The notes below the pieces were generated by a model. It was not told the origin of the DNA. It did not search any database and saw nothing but the letters and a program-made list of their open reading frames with translations. Shown here one piece after another: positions 54,013 through 63,942 of a DNA stretch of 64,000 nucleotides (within the stretch, counting starts at the first letter, position 1; each line of letters begins with the position of its first letter). The DNA is taken from the NCBI GenBank assembly GCA_963848295.1, contig CAWKDB010000002.1:864001-928000 (forward strand), in the 5' to 3' direction. This DNA comes from an uncultured delta proteobacterium (GTDB taxonomy: Bacteria; Myxococcota_A; Polyangia; Haliangiales; Haliangiaceae). The translations under genes were made by a program, and so were the position numbers.

Positions 54013-57000
54013 TTAGCGCTTCGCGGGACCCTTGCCGATGCCGGACGCATGCGGCCCAGGACCGGCCGGTGTCTTCGTGCCAGGGGTGGCCGTCGTCGCG
54101 ACGCCGCCCGCGCTACCGCCGCCCGCCGGTGTGGCGCCGCCGGTGGCGCCGGCGCCGACGCTACCGCCGACGCTGACGTCGCCCGCACCGCTGCCGGCGC
54201 CCGAGATCCGGTCTTCGACCATCTCCTGGGCTTCGCTGCGACCCGCCGCCGCCGGATCCGCGACGGCGCCCTGGACGGTCTGGGCCTCGCCCACCGTCGA
54301 AGCGACCCCCGGATCGCGTTCGGCGACCTCGTCGCTTGCGATCCCGGTGCCGACGCCTTCGGCGGCGCCCTGCGGGTTCTCGACCGCGCCGTGGACCTGT
54401 TCGCCGCGGCTGCGCGCTTCTTCAGCGGTCGCGAACTGCTCGGAATAGCCGCTGCTGTCGATCGCTTGGCTGCCCGCCGCTTCGCCAGGGTTCGAGTAGA
54501 TCGACTCTGCGGTCGACACTTGTGCCGGCGGGGTCGCGTAGCTCGCCGCACCGCTGGTCGGATCGGGAGCCGACGGCGCCGAGGTCGAAGGCGTCATCGG
54601 CGTGCCTGGCAGGTAATCCCCGGCGGACGGCATGCCTGGAGCCGATGGAGCGGATGGCTGCGACGGTACATCGGGCATCGATGCGCCACTCGAATAGCTC
54701 GCTCCCGATGCGCCCACGCTCGCGCTGCCGGAGTAGCCGCCACTCGGATCCGACGGTGCGCTCGGCGCGGCTGGGGCGGCTGGTGCCGACGGTGCGTCGA
54801 CGCCGCCGCCCGCGCTCGCTGAACCACCGACGCCTGCGCCGCCGCTCGGAGCCGACGGAGCGTTTGGAGCCGAGCCGCTCGGCACATCAGCGCTCGCTGA
54901 ACCGCCAACGGCGGCGCCGCCGCTCGGTGTGATCGCGCTCGGGTCGGTAGGCGCGCTCGCGCTGCCGCCGCCTGCGCCGCCGGTCGCCGCGCCACCCGTA
55001 GTTGCTGTCGAACCAGCCGGCGACGACGCCTTCGATCCTGCGCTCGAGCTACTCGCGCTGTCGCTGTCGGCCGCCGAGGCGCCCGCGGTCGATTGCTTCG
55101 ATTGCGCTCCGCCGTCGGCGCGCTGGCCACCGCCGCTCGACGTGCCTCCGCTCGCTTTCGCCGAGCCAGTCGCGGTCTGCTTGTCGCCACCCGAGCTCTG
55201 GTCAGACGTGCCGGTCGATCCGCTGCCGCTCGCCGACTTGCCGCTCGTGCCCGCGTCACTCGACTTGCTGCTCGTATCGCCGCCGCCCGTATCGCCGCCG
55301 CCCGTCGTCGTGCCCCGGCCGCCGCTGACCGACGAGCCGTCGCTGCTCGACGACCCGCCGCCGCTCGTCGACTTGCTGCCGCTCGCCGACCCGCTGCCGC
55401 TCGCCGACTTGCCGCTCGTGCCCGCGTCGCTCGACTTGCTGCTCGTGTCGCCGCCGCCCGTCGTCGTGCCCCGGCCGCCGCTGACCGACGAGCCATCGCC
55501 GCTCGTCGAGCCGTCGCCGCTCGACGACCCGCTGCCGCTCGCCGACCCGCTGCCGCTCGCCGACTTGCCGCTCGTGCCCGCGTCACTCGACTTGCTGCTC
55601 GTGTCGCCGCCGCCCGTCGTCGCGCCCCGGCCGCCGCTGACCGACGAGCCGTCGCCGCTCGCCGACCCGCTGCCGCTCGCCGACCCGCTGCCGCTCGTCG
55701 ACTTGCCGCTCGTGCCCGCGTCACTCGACTTGCTGCTCGTGTCGCCGCCGCCGCTGACCGACGAGCCGTCGCCGCTCGACGACCCGCTGCCGCTCGCCGA
55801 CTTGCCGCTCGTGCCCGCGTCACTCGACTTGCTGCTCGTGTCGCCGCCGCCCGTCGTCGTGCCCCGGCCGCCGCTGACCGACGAGCCGCTGGTCGATGAG
55901 CCGCCGCCGGTCGAAGTGCCGCCGCTGACTGACGAGCCGCTGGTCGATGAGCCGCCGCTGGTCGAAGTGCCGCCGCTGACTGACGAGCCACTCGTAGACG
56001 ACGACGAGGACGACGACGAGCCGCCACTCGTGGACGACGACGACGAGCCGCCACTCGTGGACGACGACGACGAGCCGCCACTCGTGGACGACGACGACGA
56101 GCCGCCACTCGTGGACGACGACGACGAGCCGCCACTCGTGGACGACGACGACGAGCCGCCACTCGTGGACGACGACGACGAGCCGCCACTCGTGGACGAC
56201 GACGAGCCGCCACTCGTAGACGATGAGCTCGAGCCACCACCGCCACCACCACCGCCGCGCGTCTGTTCCTGGATCTGATCCTTGACCGTCTCGGCGGAGA
56301 TCGCCGCGAGCGAGCCCGCCCCCGAGCCCGAAACCTGCGAGGCCGGGCTGTTCGAGACGTTGATCTGGATCTGCGATCCGGAGATCGTGATCTCGCCCGA
56401 GGCTTTGAGCCCGAACGTCGAGGCCGCGTGCGACAGCACCTGCTGACCCGAACCGCTCAGCGTCTCGCTCGTGCCGAGCTTGAGCGCGTTCGAGTGCATG
56501 ATCACGTTCTGCTTCGCCTTGACCTCGATGTCGCCATCGCACTCGATCTTGATCAGCTTGTTCGCCGAATCGAGCACGATCTTGTTCTTCTTCGTGCTGT
56601 CGACGATCGTGACGGTCTCGCTGCCGTCCTTATCGTCGAAGATCACGCGGTGACCGGCCCGCGACTTGATCAGCTTCGTGTTGTTCTTACCGCTCTGGTT
56701 GTTCTCGACCGGCTCTTGCTGGTTATTCCACAGCGATCCGATCACGATCGGCTTGTCGATCAACCCGTGCTCGAACACGACGAGCACCTGGTCGTCGACC
56801 TCGGGCAAGTAGTAGGTGCCGCGGTCGCCACCGGCCATCGGTACCGCGATCCGCGCCCAGTACGTGCTCTCGTCCGCATTGAGCCACGGCATCTTGATCT
56901 TGACGCGGTAGCCGGGGTTGCCGTCGCCGTCGACGTTATCGACGACGACCGCGAGATAGACGCCGCGCATCTTCGCGGCGCGCATCGCCGTCGGCACCGG

Positions 57001-57024
57001 GCGATCTACGGGGATAAAGCTCAC
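54013..57024 (-). CDS. Spike protein (gp5 OB-fold/baseplate V) with ~750 aa Ser/Gly-rich extension
   Basis: GVYLAVVVDN, RVKIKMPW, WARIAVPMAG..PEVDDQVLVVFEHG..PIVIGSLW, KSRAGH. Confidence 0.85.
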   Translation of the reverse strand: MSFIPVDRPVPTAMRAAKMRGVYLAVVVDNVDGDGNPGYRVKIKMPWLNADESTYWARIAVPMAGGDRGTYYLPEVDDQVLVVFEHGLIDKPIVIGSLWNNQQEPVENNQSGKNNTKLIKSRAGHRVIFDDKDGSETVTIVDSTKKNKIVLDSANKLIKIECDGDIEVKAKQNVIMHSNALKLGTSETLSGSGQQVLSHAASTFGLKASGEITISGSQIQINVSNSPASQVSGSGAGSLAAISAETVKDQIQEQTRGGGGGGGGSSSSSTSGGSSSSTSGGSSSSSTSGGSSSSSTSGGSSSSSTSGGSSSSSTSGGSSSSSTSGGSSSSSTSGGSSSSSSSSTSGSSVSGGTSTSGGSSTSGSSVSGGTSTGGGSSTSGSSVSGGRGTTTGGGDTSSKSSDAGTSGKSASGSGSSSGDGSSVSGGGDTSSKSSDAGTSGKSTSGSGSASGSGSASGDGSSVSGGRGATTGGGDTSSKSSDAGTSGKSASGSGSASGSGSSSGDGSTSGDGSSVSGGRGTTTGGGDTSSKSSDAGTSGKSASGSGSASGSKSTSGGGSSSSDGSSVSGGRGTTTGGGDTGGGDTSSKSSDAGTSGKSASGSGSTGTSDQSSGGDKQTATGSAKASGGTSSGGGQRADGGAQSKQSTAGASAADSDSASSSSAGSKASSPAGSTATTGGAATGGAGGGSASAPTDPSAITPSGGAAVGGSASADVPSGSAPNAPSAPSGGAGVGGSASAGGGVDAPSAPAAPAAPSAPSDPSGGYSGSASVGASGASYSSGASMPDVPSQPSAPSAPGMPSAGDYLPGTPMTPSTSAPSAPDPTSGAASYATPPAQVSTAESIYSNPGEAAGSQAIDSSGYSEQFATAEEARSRGEQVHGAVENPQGAAEGVGTGIASDEVAERDPGVASTVGEAQTVQGAVADPAAAGRSEAQEMVEDRISGAGSGAGDVSVGGSVGAGATGGATPAGGGSAGGVATTATPGTKTPAGPGPHASGIGKGPAKR
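55225..55890. repeat. Five copies of a long coding repeat in the spike extension
   Basis: GDTSSKSSDAGTSGKSASGSGS units with variable spacers. Confidence 0.85.
55995..56225. repeat. 24-bp coding tandem repeat (SSTSGGSS)
   Basis: gacgacgagccgccactcgtggac repeated about 8-9 times. Confidence 0.88.
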
Positions 57025-57028
57025 GCGA

Positions 57029-57751
57029 TCACCCGATGTTGATCTTCGATCCGTCGTAGTTGCTCGGCGAGCCCGACGTGAGCTTCAGCGCCGAGCTGCC
57101 GTCCATCTTGATCTCGCCGCCGGCTTTGACGTCGATCGTCGTCTTCGCATTGATCTTGATGTTCTGTTCGGCCGTGACTTTCAGCGCGCCGTTCTTGCAG
57201 GTGATTTGCATCTTGCCCTCCATCGTGGAGATCGAGACGCCGGTATCACCCGACATGGGCGGCTTGTAGACCGCGCACACGTTCGGCCCCGCACCGTCGG
57301 ACGCGAAGTTGCCGATGCCGATCATGTTCTTGCCGGTCTTGTCGGCGAACACGACCTTGATCTTGCCCGAGTCCTCGAGCAGCATGCGATGGCCGCTGCG
57401 GCTGCGATAACCCCGGAAGTTGTTCTTGCCGTCTTCGTTGGTCTCGGGCGAGAAGTCCGTCGTGCTCCACACGCCGCCGAGCACGACCGGCTGGGTGTAG
57501 TCGCCGGAGATGAACATCACGACGACGACGTCGTCGATATCGGGCAGCGTGTACCAGCCGAACTTCTTGCCGCTCATCGGCGTGACCAGCTGGGCCCAGT
57601 GCGTCTGATCGACGTCGCCGCCGTCGATCCACGGGAAGCGAACCTTGATGCGATCGAGGTTGTCCGGATCCTGATTCTGGCAGACCACCCCGAACTGCAG
57701 TCCGTACTGGACGTTGTCGAGGGATTCGCGGCGTGGTCCGCCGGCGCGCAC
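57029..57751 (-). CDS. Second spike protein (gp5 OB-fold/baseplate V), short form
   Basis: NQDPDNLDRIKVRFPW, WAQLVTPMSG..LPDIDDVVVVMF..PVVLGGVW, RSRSGH. Confidence 0.85.
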   Translation of the reverse strand: MRAGGPRRESLDNVQYGLQFGVVCQNQDPDNLDRIKVRFPWIDGGDVDQTHWAQLVTPMSGKKFGWYTLPDIDDVVVVMFISGDYTQPVVLGGVWSTTDFSPETNEDGKNNFRGYRSRSGHRMLLEDSGKIKVVFADKTGKNMIGIGNFASDGAGPNVCAVYKPPMSGDTGVSISTMEGKMQITCKNGALKVTAEQNIKINAKTTIDVKAGGEIKMDGSSALKLTSGSPSNYDGSKINIG

Positions 57752-58812
57752 TAGCCCGCCTCTTGCGCATCTCGCGCGAGCCGCAAGGTCGTCGTATAGC
57801 CCCCGTCCTTCGACTTGTTCGCGCTGTGCCGATGGGTGAGGCCCATGATGTAGTATTTGCCGTTAAACGGATCGCCGCCGGCGTTGTTCGAGTTCGCCGT
57901 GATCGTGATGACCTTGCCGAGATCGAACGCGGGGGTGCCGGTCACCTCGGCTTCGCCGGTGACGTAGTTCATCGACAGGTCGACGAGGCGCGCCTTCGCG
58001 AGCGCATCGGCCTCTTCCTTGCTCCACACCGGCTGATCGACGAGGAACGTCTCTTCGTCGCCGAGCGAGTTCGACGCGTCGGTCGCGGTTTGCTTGCCGA
58101 GCTTCGATCCATCGGGTGACGCCTCACCGGTGATCAGCTCCTTGGTCTCGGGGTTCCACGCCTTGACCGTGACCTTCTTGACGACCGTGTGCGATGACAG
58201 CCGCGGCGTGAACGAGCGCAGCTGTTCGCCTTGGCTCGATTGGTCGACGGTGAGGGTGATGTTGAGCTCTTCCCACTGCGGCTGCTTGCAGTGGACGGTG
58301 TCGCCGATGCACCACACGTGGCAGCCCATGCGAGCCGCGCGCATCCGCAGGAACTCGAGGTCGCTGAGGTTGTGCTGGTAGACGTGCTTGTACGTGATCG
58401 ACTTTTCGTGCTTCCAGTCGAGCGTCAGCCCGGAATCGCCGACGACCTGGCTCAGGATCGCCTCGTCGGTCTTGTCGGTGAACGTCAGCGACTTCCGCTT
58501 GCGCAGCAGGCGGTGCAGCTTGTTCATGCAGCGGATCGTGATCCGCGACTTCTCGCCGCCCTTGTAGACCGGCTCGACCCCGACGATGTCGCCGGAGTAG
58601 ACCAGCGTACCCGGCTTCGCGCCGACCTTGATCTCGACCTTGTCGCCGACCTTCTGGACCGAGTAGGTGTCGCCTTGGTTCGACAGTACGATCCGCGCCA
58701 TGTCCGGTTGGTACATGTCGCGATCGACCGTGTACCCCAGGAAGTGATCGTCCGGCACCTGCTTGCCGTTGAGGTAGATATCGACGTTTGGTGATGCTGC
58801 GAGGTTCGCCAC
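57751..58812 (-). CDS. Phage late control D / gp27-like hub (N-terminal half of VgrG)
   Basis: LHRLLRKRKSLTF, YQHNLSDLEFLRMRAARMG, VTVKAWNP, FNGKYYI...H. Confidence 0.85.
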   Translation of the reverse strand: MANLAASPNVDIYLNGKQVPDDHFLGYTVDRDMYQPDMARIVLSNQGDTYSVQKVGDKVEIKVGAKPGTLVYSGDIVGVEPVYKGGEKSRITIRCMNKLHRLLRKRKSLTFTDKTDEAILSQVVGDSGLTLDWKHEKSITYKHVYQHNLSDLEFLRMRAARMGCHVWCIGDTVHCKQPQWEELNITLTVDQSSQGEQLRSFTPRLSSHTVVKKVTVKAWNPETKELITGEASPDGSKLGKQTATDASNSLGDEETFLVDQPVWSKEEADALAKARLVDLSMNYVTGEAEVTGTPAFDLGKVITITANSNNAGGDPFNGKYYIMGLTHRHSANKSKDGGYTTTLRLARDAQEAG

Positions 58813-58815
58813 TGG

Positions 58816-59463
58816 CTAGCCCCCGCCCCCGGGAGCTGGAGCGCCGCCTGGGGCCGAACCGCCACTCGGCGCTGTCCCCCCGCCTGGCGTTGGCGCGCCG
58901 CCGCCCGGACTCGCCGCCCCCGCCGCCTTCGCAGCGGACACGACATCGGCTTCCTTGAGCTTGACCGTGCAGGTCGCGCGCAACGGCACGCCGTCGGTCG
59001 TCATCATCGTGTACTTCGTCGACAGCGACTCGATCACGCAGCGGAACGTCGGCATGCCCGAGCCCCAGACCACCACGCAAAGACGCGGCCGACGCTTGTT
59101 CTCGTCGGTCGACGTCGGGTCGATGACCGAGGCCAGCGTCTCGAGGTCCGCGATCGCTTGACTCACCGTCTTCTTGCCCGCCATCCCGCCGGTCTCGTAG
59201 CCGTCGAACAGCATGTCGACGCTCATCGAGCGGCCTTCGGCGCCGGTGAACTCGAGGTGGATGCCGTTGTTGTTCGCCTGGTTCGCCTGGTTGACCTTGT
59301 TCCACGGGATGTTCTTGTCGACCTGCAGCTCTTTCGGGTTGTAGTGCGCCTCGACGTGCAACCCATTTGGCATCGCGCCATCCGGGTCCGTGTCGAGACT
59401 TCCGATCGTGAGCTTTGCCGTGGCAGGCTGAAATGGCGCGGTCGGCGTGGTCGATTGAGTCAT
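58816..59463 (-). CDS. CIS tube initiator (Afp7-like), no LysM domain seen
   Basis: YNPKEL..W..LEFTG..LFD..RP..VVWG..CVIESL..G.PLRAT..VKLKE. Confidence 0.82.
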   Translation of the reverse strand: MTQSTTPTAPFQPATAKLTIGSLDTDPDGAMPNGLHVEAHYNPKELQVDKNIPWNKVNQANQANNNGIHLEFTGAEGRSMSVDMLFDGYETGGMAGKKTVSQAIADLETLASVIDPTSTDENKRRPRLCVVVWGSGMPTFRCVIESLSTKYTMMTTDGVPLRATCTVKLKEADVVSAAKAAGAASPGGGAPTPGGGTAPSGGSAPGGAPAPGGGG

Positions 59464-62400
59464 ATGTGCGGCTCCCCGTTACGTGCGCGCGCGACGTCCA
59501 TGAGCGCGAGCACTTCGCGATAGACGTCATTCGCGATGCGATCGACGTCGACTTGTTGATCCGAGGCCTGGGTTCCCGACGGCGCGGCAAGCGGCGGCGC
59601 TGCACTCGACGGCGAGCGCGTCGAGGCTGCGATCTGCGTCGCCGGAGCCGAGCTGACGAGCGTGAGCTCGGCGAGCGAGATGCCATCCGACGGCGCGCTG
59701 CGAGCTTCGAGCATCTTGCGTGCGGCCGCCTCGAACCACGGCGGGATTTCGACCTCGCCGCCGCCATGACGCCCGGTAGGCCGGCCGGTGCGAACGAACT
59801 CGTTCGCGGCGGTGGGCACGCGCGACATCGCGCCGGCCGAGGACGACGACGATGAGGTTGACGACGACAAAGAAGACGACGCCCCCTGCGCGGCGGGCGG
59901 AGCGACGTACGACGCGAGCGCTTCACCGGCGCGTGCCGACAGCACGCTGAGGCCAGGCCGTGCATCGGCGCCGAGCGTTTCGCCGCGCACGAACGCGGGC
60001 TCGAAGCTGCGCTGGCGGCTCGCGGTCGTCGTGCGGTCGGCGGCGGCGACGCGAGCATCGTGCTCGGCGGCTTGGCCGGTCGACAGCGTTTCGTCGCCAA
60101 CGCCGATCACGACCGGCAGCACATCCCACGCGATCGCGGCGCGTTCGCGGGGTGACAACACATCGTCACCGCGGCCCGCCAGCGCGAGCGCGCGCGCGGC
60201 GCGAGCAGCGGGTGCACTGGATCGCCCGAGCGTCGATTGGCTGAGCGCGAGATAGAGGGCCTCGAACTTCGCGCGCCGACCGGTCGGAACCAGCGACGCA
60301 GCGGCATCGAGCACGTCGGCTTCGGCCAGCTCGCGACGGCGGTCGCCACCGACGCGTGGGTCGGTCCTGAACGGCGAGGCCGCGCCGGACTTCGCAACGG
60401 TCGCGCCGGCGTTCGCAGCGGTCGCGCCGGCGTTCGCAGCGGTCGCGCCGGCGTTCGCAGCGGTCGCGCCGGCGTTCGCAGCGGTCGCGCCGGCGGTCGC
60501 AGCGGTCGCGCCGGCGGTCGCAGCCGTCGCGCCGGCGGTCGCAGCCGTCGCGCCGGCGGTCGCAGCCGTCGGGTCCGAAGGCGCGCCGAGTGTGCGCGGA
60601 TACGTGCCGAGCTCGACCACCGCTTGCGCCGCGAGCAACTCGAGCGCGGCGACCGACATCGAGTGCGCCCCGTCGGGAGCCGCGGCGGCCATTCCGAGCG
60701 CGCCGACGGTCGAAGCCGGCCACAGGAATGCGCCGCGCGGCATCCGGCGTGCGACGCCAAACGCCGTCGTCGCCGGCTGCGCGTCGGGCGGCTGCGCGTC
60801 GGGCGGTTGCGCCTCGGGCGGCCGCGCCTCGGGCGGCCGCGGCTCGCCTGCGTCGCCGACGGGATACGCGGTGATCGCGCGATCGCCGTGGCGCTGCGCG
60901 TCGAGCGCCATCATCTCGACGAACGTGCGATTGACCGTGCTCGCCATCGCGGACAGCTGGCCGGGGCCGACGAGCGACAACCGCGCCGCTTGCGCTGCTT
61001 CCGCCGGGCCGAGCCCGTAGACGCGGGCCGCGAGCACGAGCTCGGGCATCACGAAATCGAAGGCGAGGTCCGACGTCGAGCGCTCGTGCGCGACGGCGTA
61101 GCCCGCGGCGCGATCCGCCACCATACCCGGCGCGGCCCACGATGAACCGCCGGCGTCCGAGCCATCGCCGATCATCGGCTGGGTGAGCGTGTCGAGCATC
61201 GCGCGCGCGGCGGTCGGAGCAGGCGCGGACGTCGGTGCGGCAGCCCTAGCTGCCGGCGAGGCCTGCCAAGCGAGCAGCGCGCTGTGCAGCGCGAGCAACG
61301 GCGCATGCTCGATTTGTTCGCCGTGCACGGGGAGCGTCGGCGCCTGACCGGCGGCATCGCCGACGTCGACGGCCGGGGCAGCGGACTCGTCCCCAGAGAC
61401 ATACGTCGCCTCCCAGCTCCGCGCGCTCGGCGCATCCGCAGCGGCAACCTCGGTCGCGGGCGCCAGGAATCCGGTGAGATAACTCGCCGAGAGCTCACCG
61501 CCAAACAGCGCGCGCACGTCGAAGCTCGGCGCCGAGCCGATCGGCAGGACGTGGCGGAGTGCGGGCGCGAACGGCGACGACGCGAGTTGCGCCGAGAGAC
61601 CGGCGCCCGGTGCGCTCGGGACGGTGCGTGCGATCGCATCGGCGTGCGTGGCGCGATCCGCAGCGGGTGCGTCGATTCTCGGTGTCTGGGTCTGGGTCGG
61701 CGCGAACGGCTTGGCGGCCGCGGGACGCGGTGGAACCCGCGTGCGGCCAGCGGCCTGCGCGATCGAAGCAAACATGTCGTCCGGCGTCTCGGCATCGTCG
61801 GCGATCCGCACGGTCTGCGCGGCGGTCGGCGCGGCGTCCGGCGCGACGAACACGGCCGCCGGAGCCGAAGCGGCGAGCGCCCCGAGCGCGAGCGGCGCCG
61901 CGGTCGCGGGAAGAACAGGACCGACCGAACCGCCCGCGAGCGTGCGGAGCGTGCGCGGCGCAGCCCCGGCAAATCGCGCGAGCCAGCGATCGGCCCACGC
62001 GACGTGGCCGAGCGCGGCCGGCTTCGAGGCAGCGGTCGCCGCCAGCGCGGTGGCCGGTGGAGCTGATGCAGCGAACGGCAGCGGCAGGCGTGGCGCGCCG
62101 ATCGGCTGGCCGCCGGCACGTGACGGAGGCGTACGATCGATCATCGACACCAGGCCGCCGAGCCCGGCGGGCATGACAAGACGCGGTCCGCGCGAGGATT
62201 CGATCGTGCCGCCGGTGGCGGCGGTCATCGCGACGAGCTCGGCCGCGCGCAACGCATCGCCGAGCTCGCCGATCGCCTGCACCGCGCGATCCGGGCGCTG
62301 CGACAGGTAGCTCGCGAGGCCCGGCGGCAGCGCGGCGATCGCCTGCGCGAGCTCGCCCTGCCCCGCCGGCGCGATCGCCGCGGGTGTAGAGGCCGGTGCT

Positions 62401-63434
62401 CGCAGCGACTCCGGGCTGCGGCGGACATCGCGCGCGGCCGCATCGCGCGCGGCCGCATCGCGCGCCTGGTCATGCAACCGGGTCGTCTCGCGCCGCTGCT
62501 GCGATTCGCGGGTGTCGCGCGCGTCACTCGCGCGCTGCCGCAGCTCCGCTTCGATCCGTTGTTGCGCGGCGCTAGCCTGCGCGACCGCAGCCGCCGAGAT
62601 CGCGGCGCGCTGGACGTCGGCGACCCGCACGCGCTGAGCCGCGAGATCCTCGATCACGCGCTGATTCGATTCAGCCGGCGAACCTTCGGGCGAGGCGTCG
62701 TCGGGAGCCCGCGGGCTCGGCGGCGTCACGAGCTCGGGCGCGGCGAGCGACGTGCGCGTCGGAGCCACCTCGGTGGGCGAACCGGCGCGCTGCAGCAGGG
62801 TCGTTAGCAGCGAGCGCAAGCCCGGCGACGCCGAGGCCGACATCGTCGGGGATGCGAGCGGCGCCATCGCGCGCGACATCACCTCGGCCGCATTCGCGGC
62901 CGCGAACGGCACGAGCGGCGAGTACGCAGCACCCGACGCGTGGGGCGGCGCGACCGACAACGATGGCGCGATGTACTCGTGCAACGCCATCGGCACGTTG
63001 CTCGCGCGGGTCGCCGGCGAGACATACGTTCCGCGCGTGGTCAGGAGCGTCGGCGCTTCGTCGCTCGTCGCTTGCGCACCGGCGGCTTGACGCGCCGCCG
63101 CCATCCAATCGATCTCGTCCTGGTACCACGGCCGCGGGAACACCCACGACACCGGCTTGCCACCGTGCTCGTTGGCGCCGCTGGTCTGCATCTTCGAGAA
63201 CATCCGCAGCGACGGCGAGCGTTGCGCCGACTCGAGCCACGGCGTGACGAGGCGATCGACAAAGCCGAGCGTGCGCAGCGGCCGCACGCGTTGCGCGCCG
63301 GCTTCCGGAGCCCACCGCTCGGCGTGGCGATTCGCGACGTGCACCGCCGCTCCGCCGGCACGGGTCGCAAACGCAGGCGCTGCAAGCGCCGACGCTAGTG
63401 CCCGTGGTTCGCCGTCGTTTGATCCGGGCGCCAT
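59460..63434 (-). CDS. Large Ala/Pro-rich CIS protein
   Basis: 1324 aa ORF tightly coupled between tube and initiator; C-terminal DVDRIANDVYREVL..ARARNG. Confidence 0.7.
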   Translation of the reverse strand: MAPGSNDGEPRALASALAAPAFATRAGGAAVHVANRHAERWAPEAGAQRVRPLRTLGFVDRLVTPWLESAQRSPSLRMFSKMQTSGANEHGGKPVSWVFPRPWYQDEIDWMAAARQAAGAQATSDEAPTLLTTRGTYVSPATRASNVPMALHEYIAPSLSVAPPHASGAAYSPLVPFAAANAAEVMSRAMAPLASPTMSASASPGLRSLLTTLLQRAGSPTEVAPTRTSLAAPELVTPPSPRAPDDASPEGSPAESNQRVIEDLAAQRVRVADVQRAAISAAAVAQASAAQQRIEAELRQRASDARDTRESQQRRETTRLHDQARDAAARDAAARDVRRSPESLRAPASTPAAIAPAGQGELAQAIAALPPGLASYLSQRPDRAVQAIGELGDALRAAELVAMTAATGGTIESSRGPRLVMPAGLGGLVSMIDRTPPSRAGGQPIGAPRLPLPFAASAPPATALAATAASKPAALGHVAWADRWLARFAGAAPRTLRTLAGGSVGPVLPATAAPLALGALAASAPAAVFVAPDAAPTAAQTVRIADDAETPDDMFASIAQAAGRTRVPPRPAAAKPFAPTQTQTPRIDAPAADRATHADAIARTVPSAPGAGLSAQLASSPFAPALRHVLPIGSAPSFDVRALFGGELSASYLTGFLAPATEVAAADAPSARSWEATYVSGDESAAPAVDVGDAAGQAPTLPVHGEQIEHAPLLALHSALLAWQASPAARAAAPTSAPAPTAARAMLDTLTQPMIGDGSDAGGSSWAAPGMVADRAAGYAVAHERSTSDLAFDFVMPELVLAARVYGLGPAEAAQAARLSLVGPGQLSAMASTVNRTFVEMMALDAQRHGDRAITAYPVGDAGEPRPPEARPPEAQPPDAQPPDAQPATTAFGVARRMPRGAFLWPASTVGALGMAAAAPDGAHSMSVAALELLAAQAVVELGTYPRTLGAPSDPTAATAGATAATAGATAATAGATAATAGATAANAGATAANAGATAANAGATAANAGATVAKSGAASPFRTDPRVGGDRRRELAEADVLDAAASLVPTGRRAKFEALYLALSQSTLGRSSAPAARAARALALAGRGDDVLSPRERAAIAWDVLPVVIGVGDETLSTGQAAEHDARVAAADRTTTASRQRSFEPAFVRGETLGADARPGLSVLSARAGEALASYVAPPAAQGASSSLSSSTSSSSSSAGAMSRVPTAANEFVRTGRPTGRHGGGEVEIPPWFEAAARKMLEARSAPSDGISLAELTLVSSAPATQIAASTRSPSSAAPPLAAPSGTQASDQQVDVDRIANDVYREVLALMDVARARNGEPHI
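60392..60570. repeat. 21-bp coding tandem repeat (ATAATAG/ATAANAG)
   Basis: cgcagcggtcgcgccggcg(g/t)t repeated about 8 times. Confidence 0.85.
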
Positions 63435-63437
63435 GGC

Positions 63438-63923
63438 TCAGCCGAACTTGATCCCGTTGTGAGCGATCTCGAGCGTCTCGATCGAGAGCTCGCTCTTAGA
63501 AGCGTCGAACTCGGAGATCTCCCACTTGCACGGCCAGCCTTGGTAGAACGTCCAGGTCGCCCCGACCGGCTTCATCGCGGTGTTGAGCTGGACGATCGTG
63601 CCCGTGGGGATCCGGTACATCAGGCTAGGGTCGCCACTCAGCCAGTTCTGACGCCAGGTCAGCAACGCGCTCGACCCGGTGAACCCTTGCTTGAGCACGA
63701 TGTTCGACCACTTCGTCGAGCCGACCAGTTGGAACGTCGTGTCGTTCGCGCCGCCTTCTTTGACCGCGATCGTCTCGGTCTCGTAGCGCAGGCCGCTCAC
63801 GCTCTTGAAGAACGCATCGCCCGTTGTGCCGCCCTTGAGGTTGAGCTGAACCTTGAAGCAAAAGACGGGTAGCGGATCTCTGCGGTTCGCGGGGTTGTTG
63901 GGATCTGAGGGGGTGGTCGCCAT
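63438..63923 (-). CDS. gp19-like CIS tail tube protein
   Basis: DPLPVFCFKV, FKSVSGL, EGG.N, NIVLKQG, GWPCKW, SIETLEIAH; GGAG RBS. Confidence 0.92.
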   Translation of the reverse strand: MATTPSDPNNPANRRDPLPVFCFKVQLNLKGGTTGDAFFKSVSGLRYETETIAVKEGGANDTTFQLVGSTKWSNIVLKQGFTGSSALLTWRQNWLSGDPSLMYRIPTGTIVQLNTAMKPVGATWTFYQGWPCKWEISEFDASKSELSIETLEIAHNGIKFG

Positions 63924-63942
63924 GTCGTGCTCCTGGGAGGCT

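Noticed and set aside
55225..56225. Regular repeats resembling a CRISPR array
   Set aside because: They are in-frame coding repeats without unique spacers, and no cas genes are present
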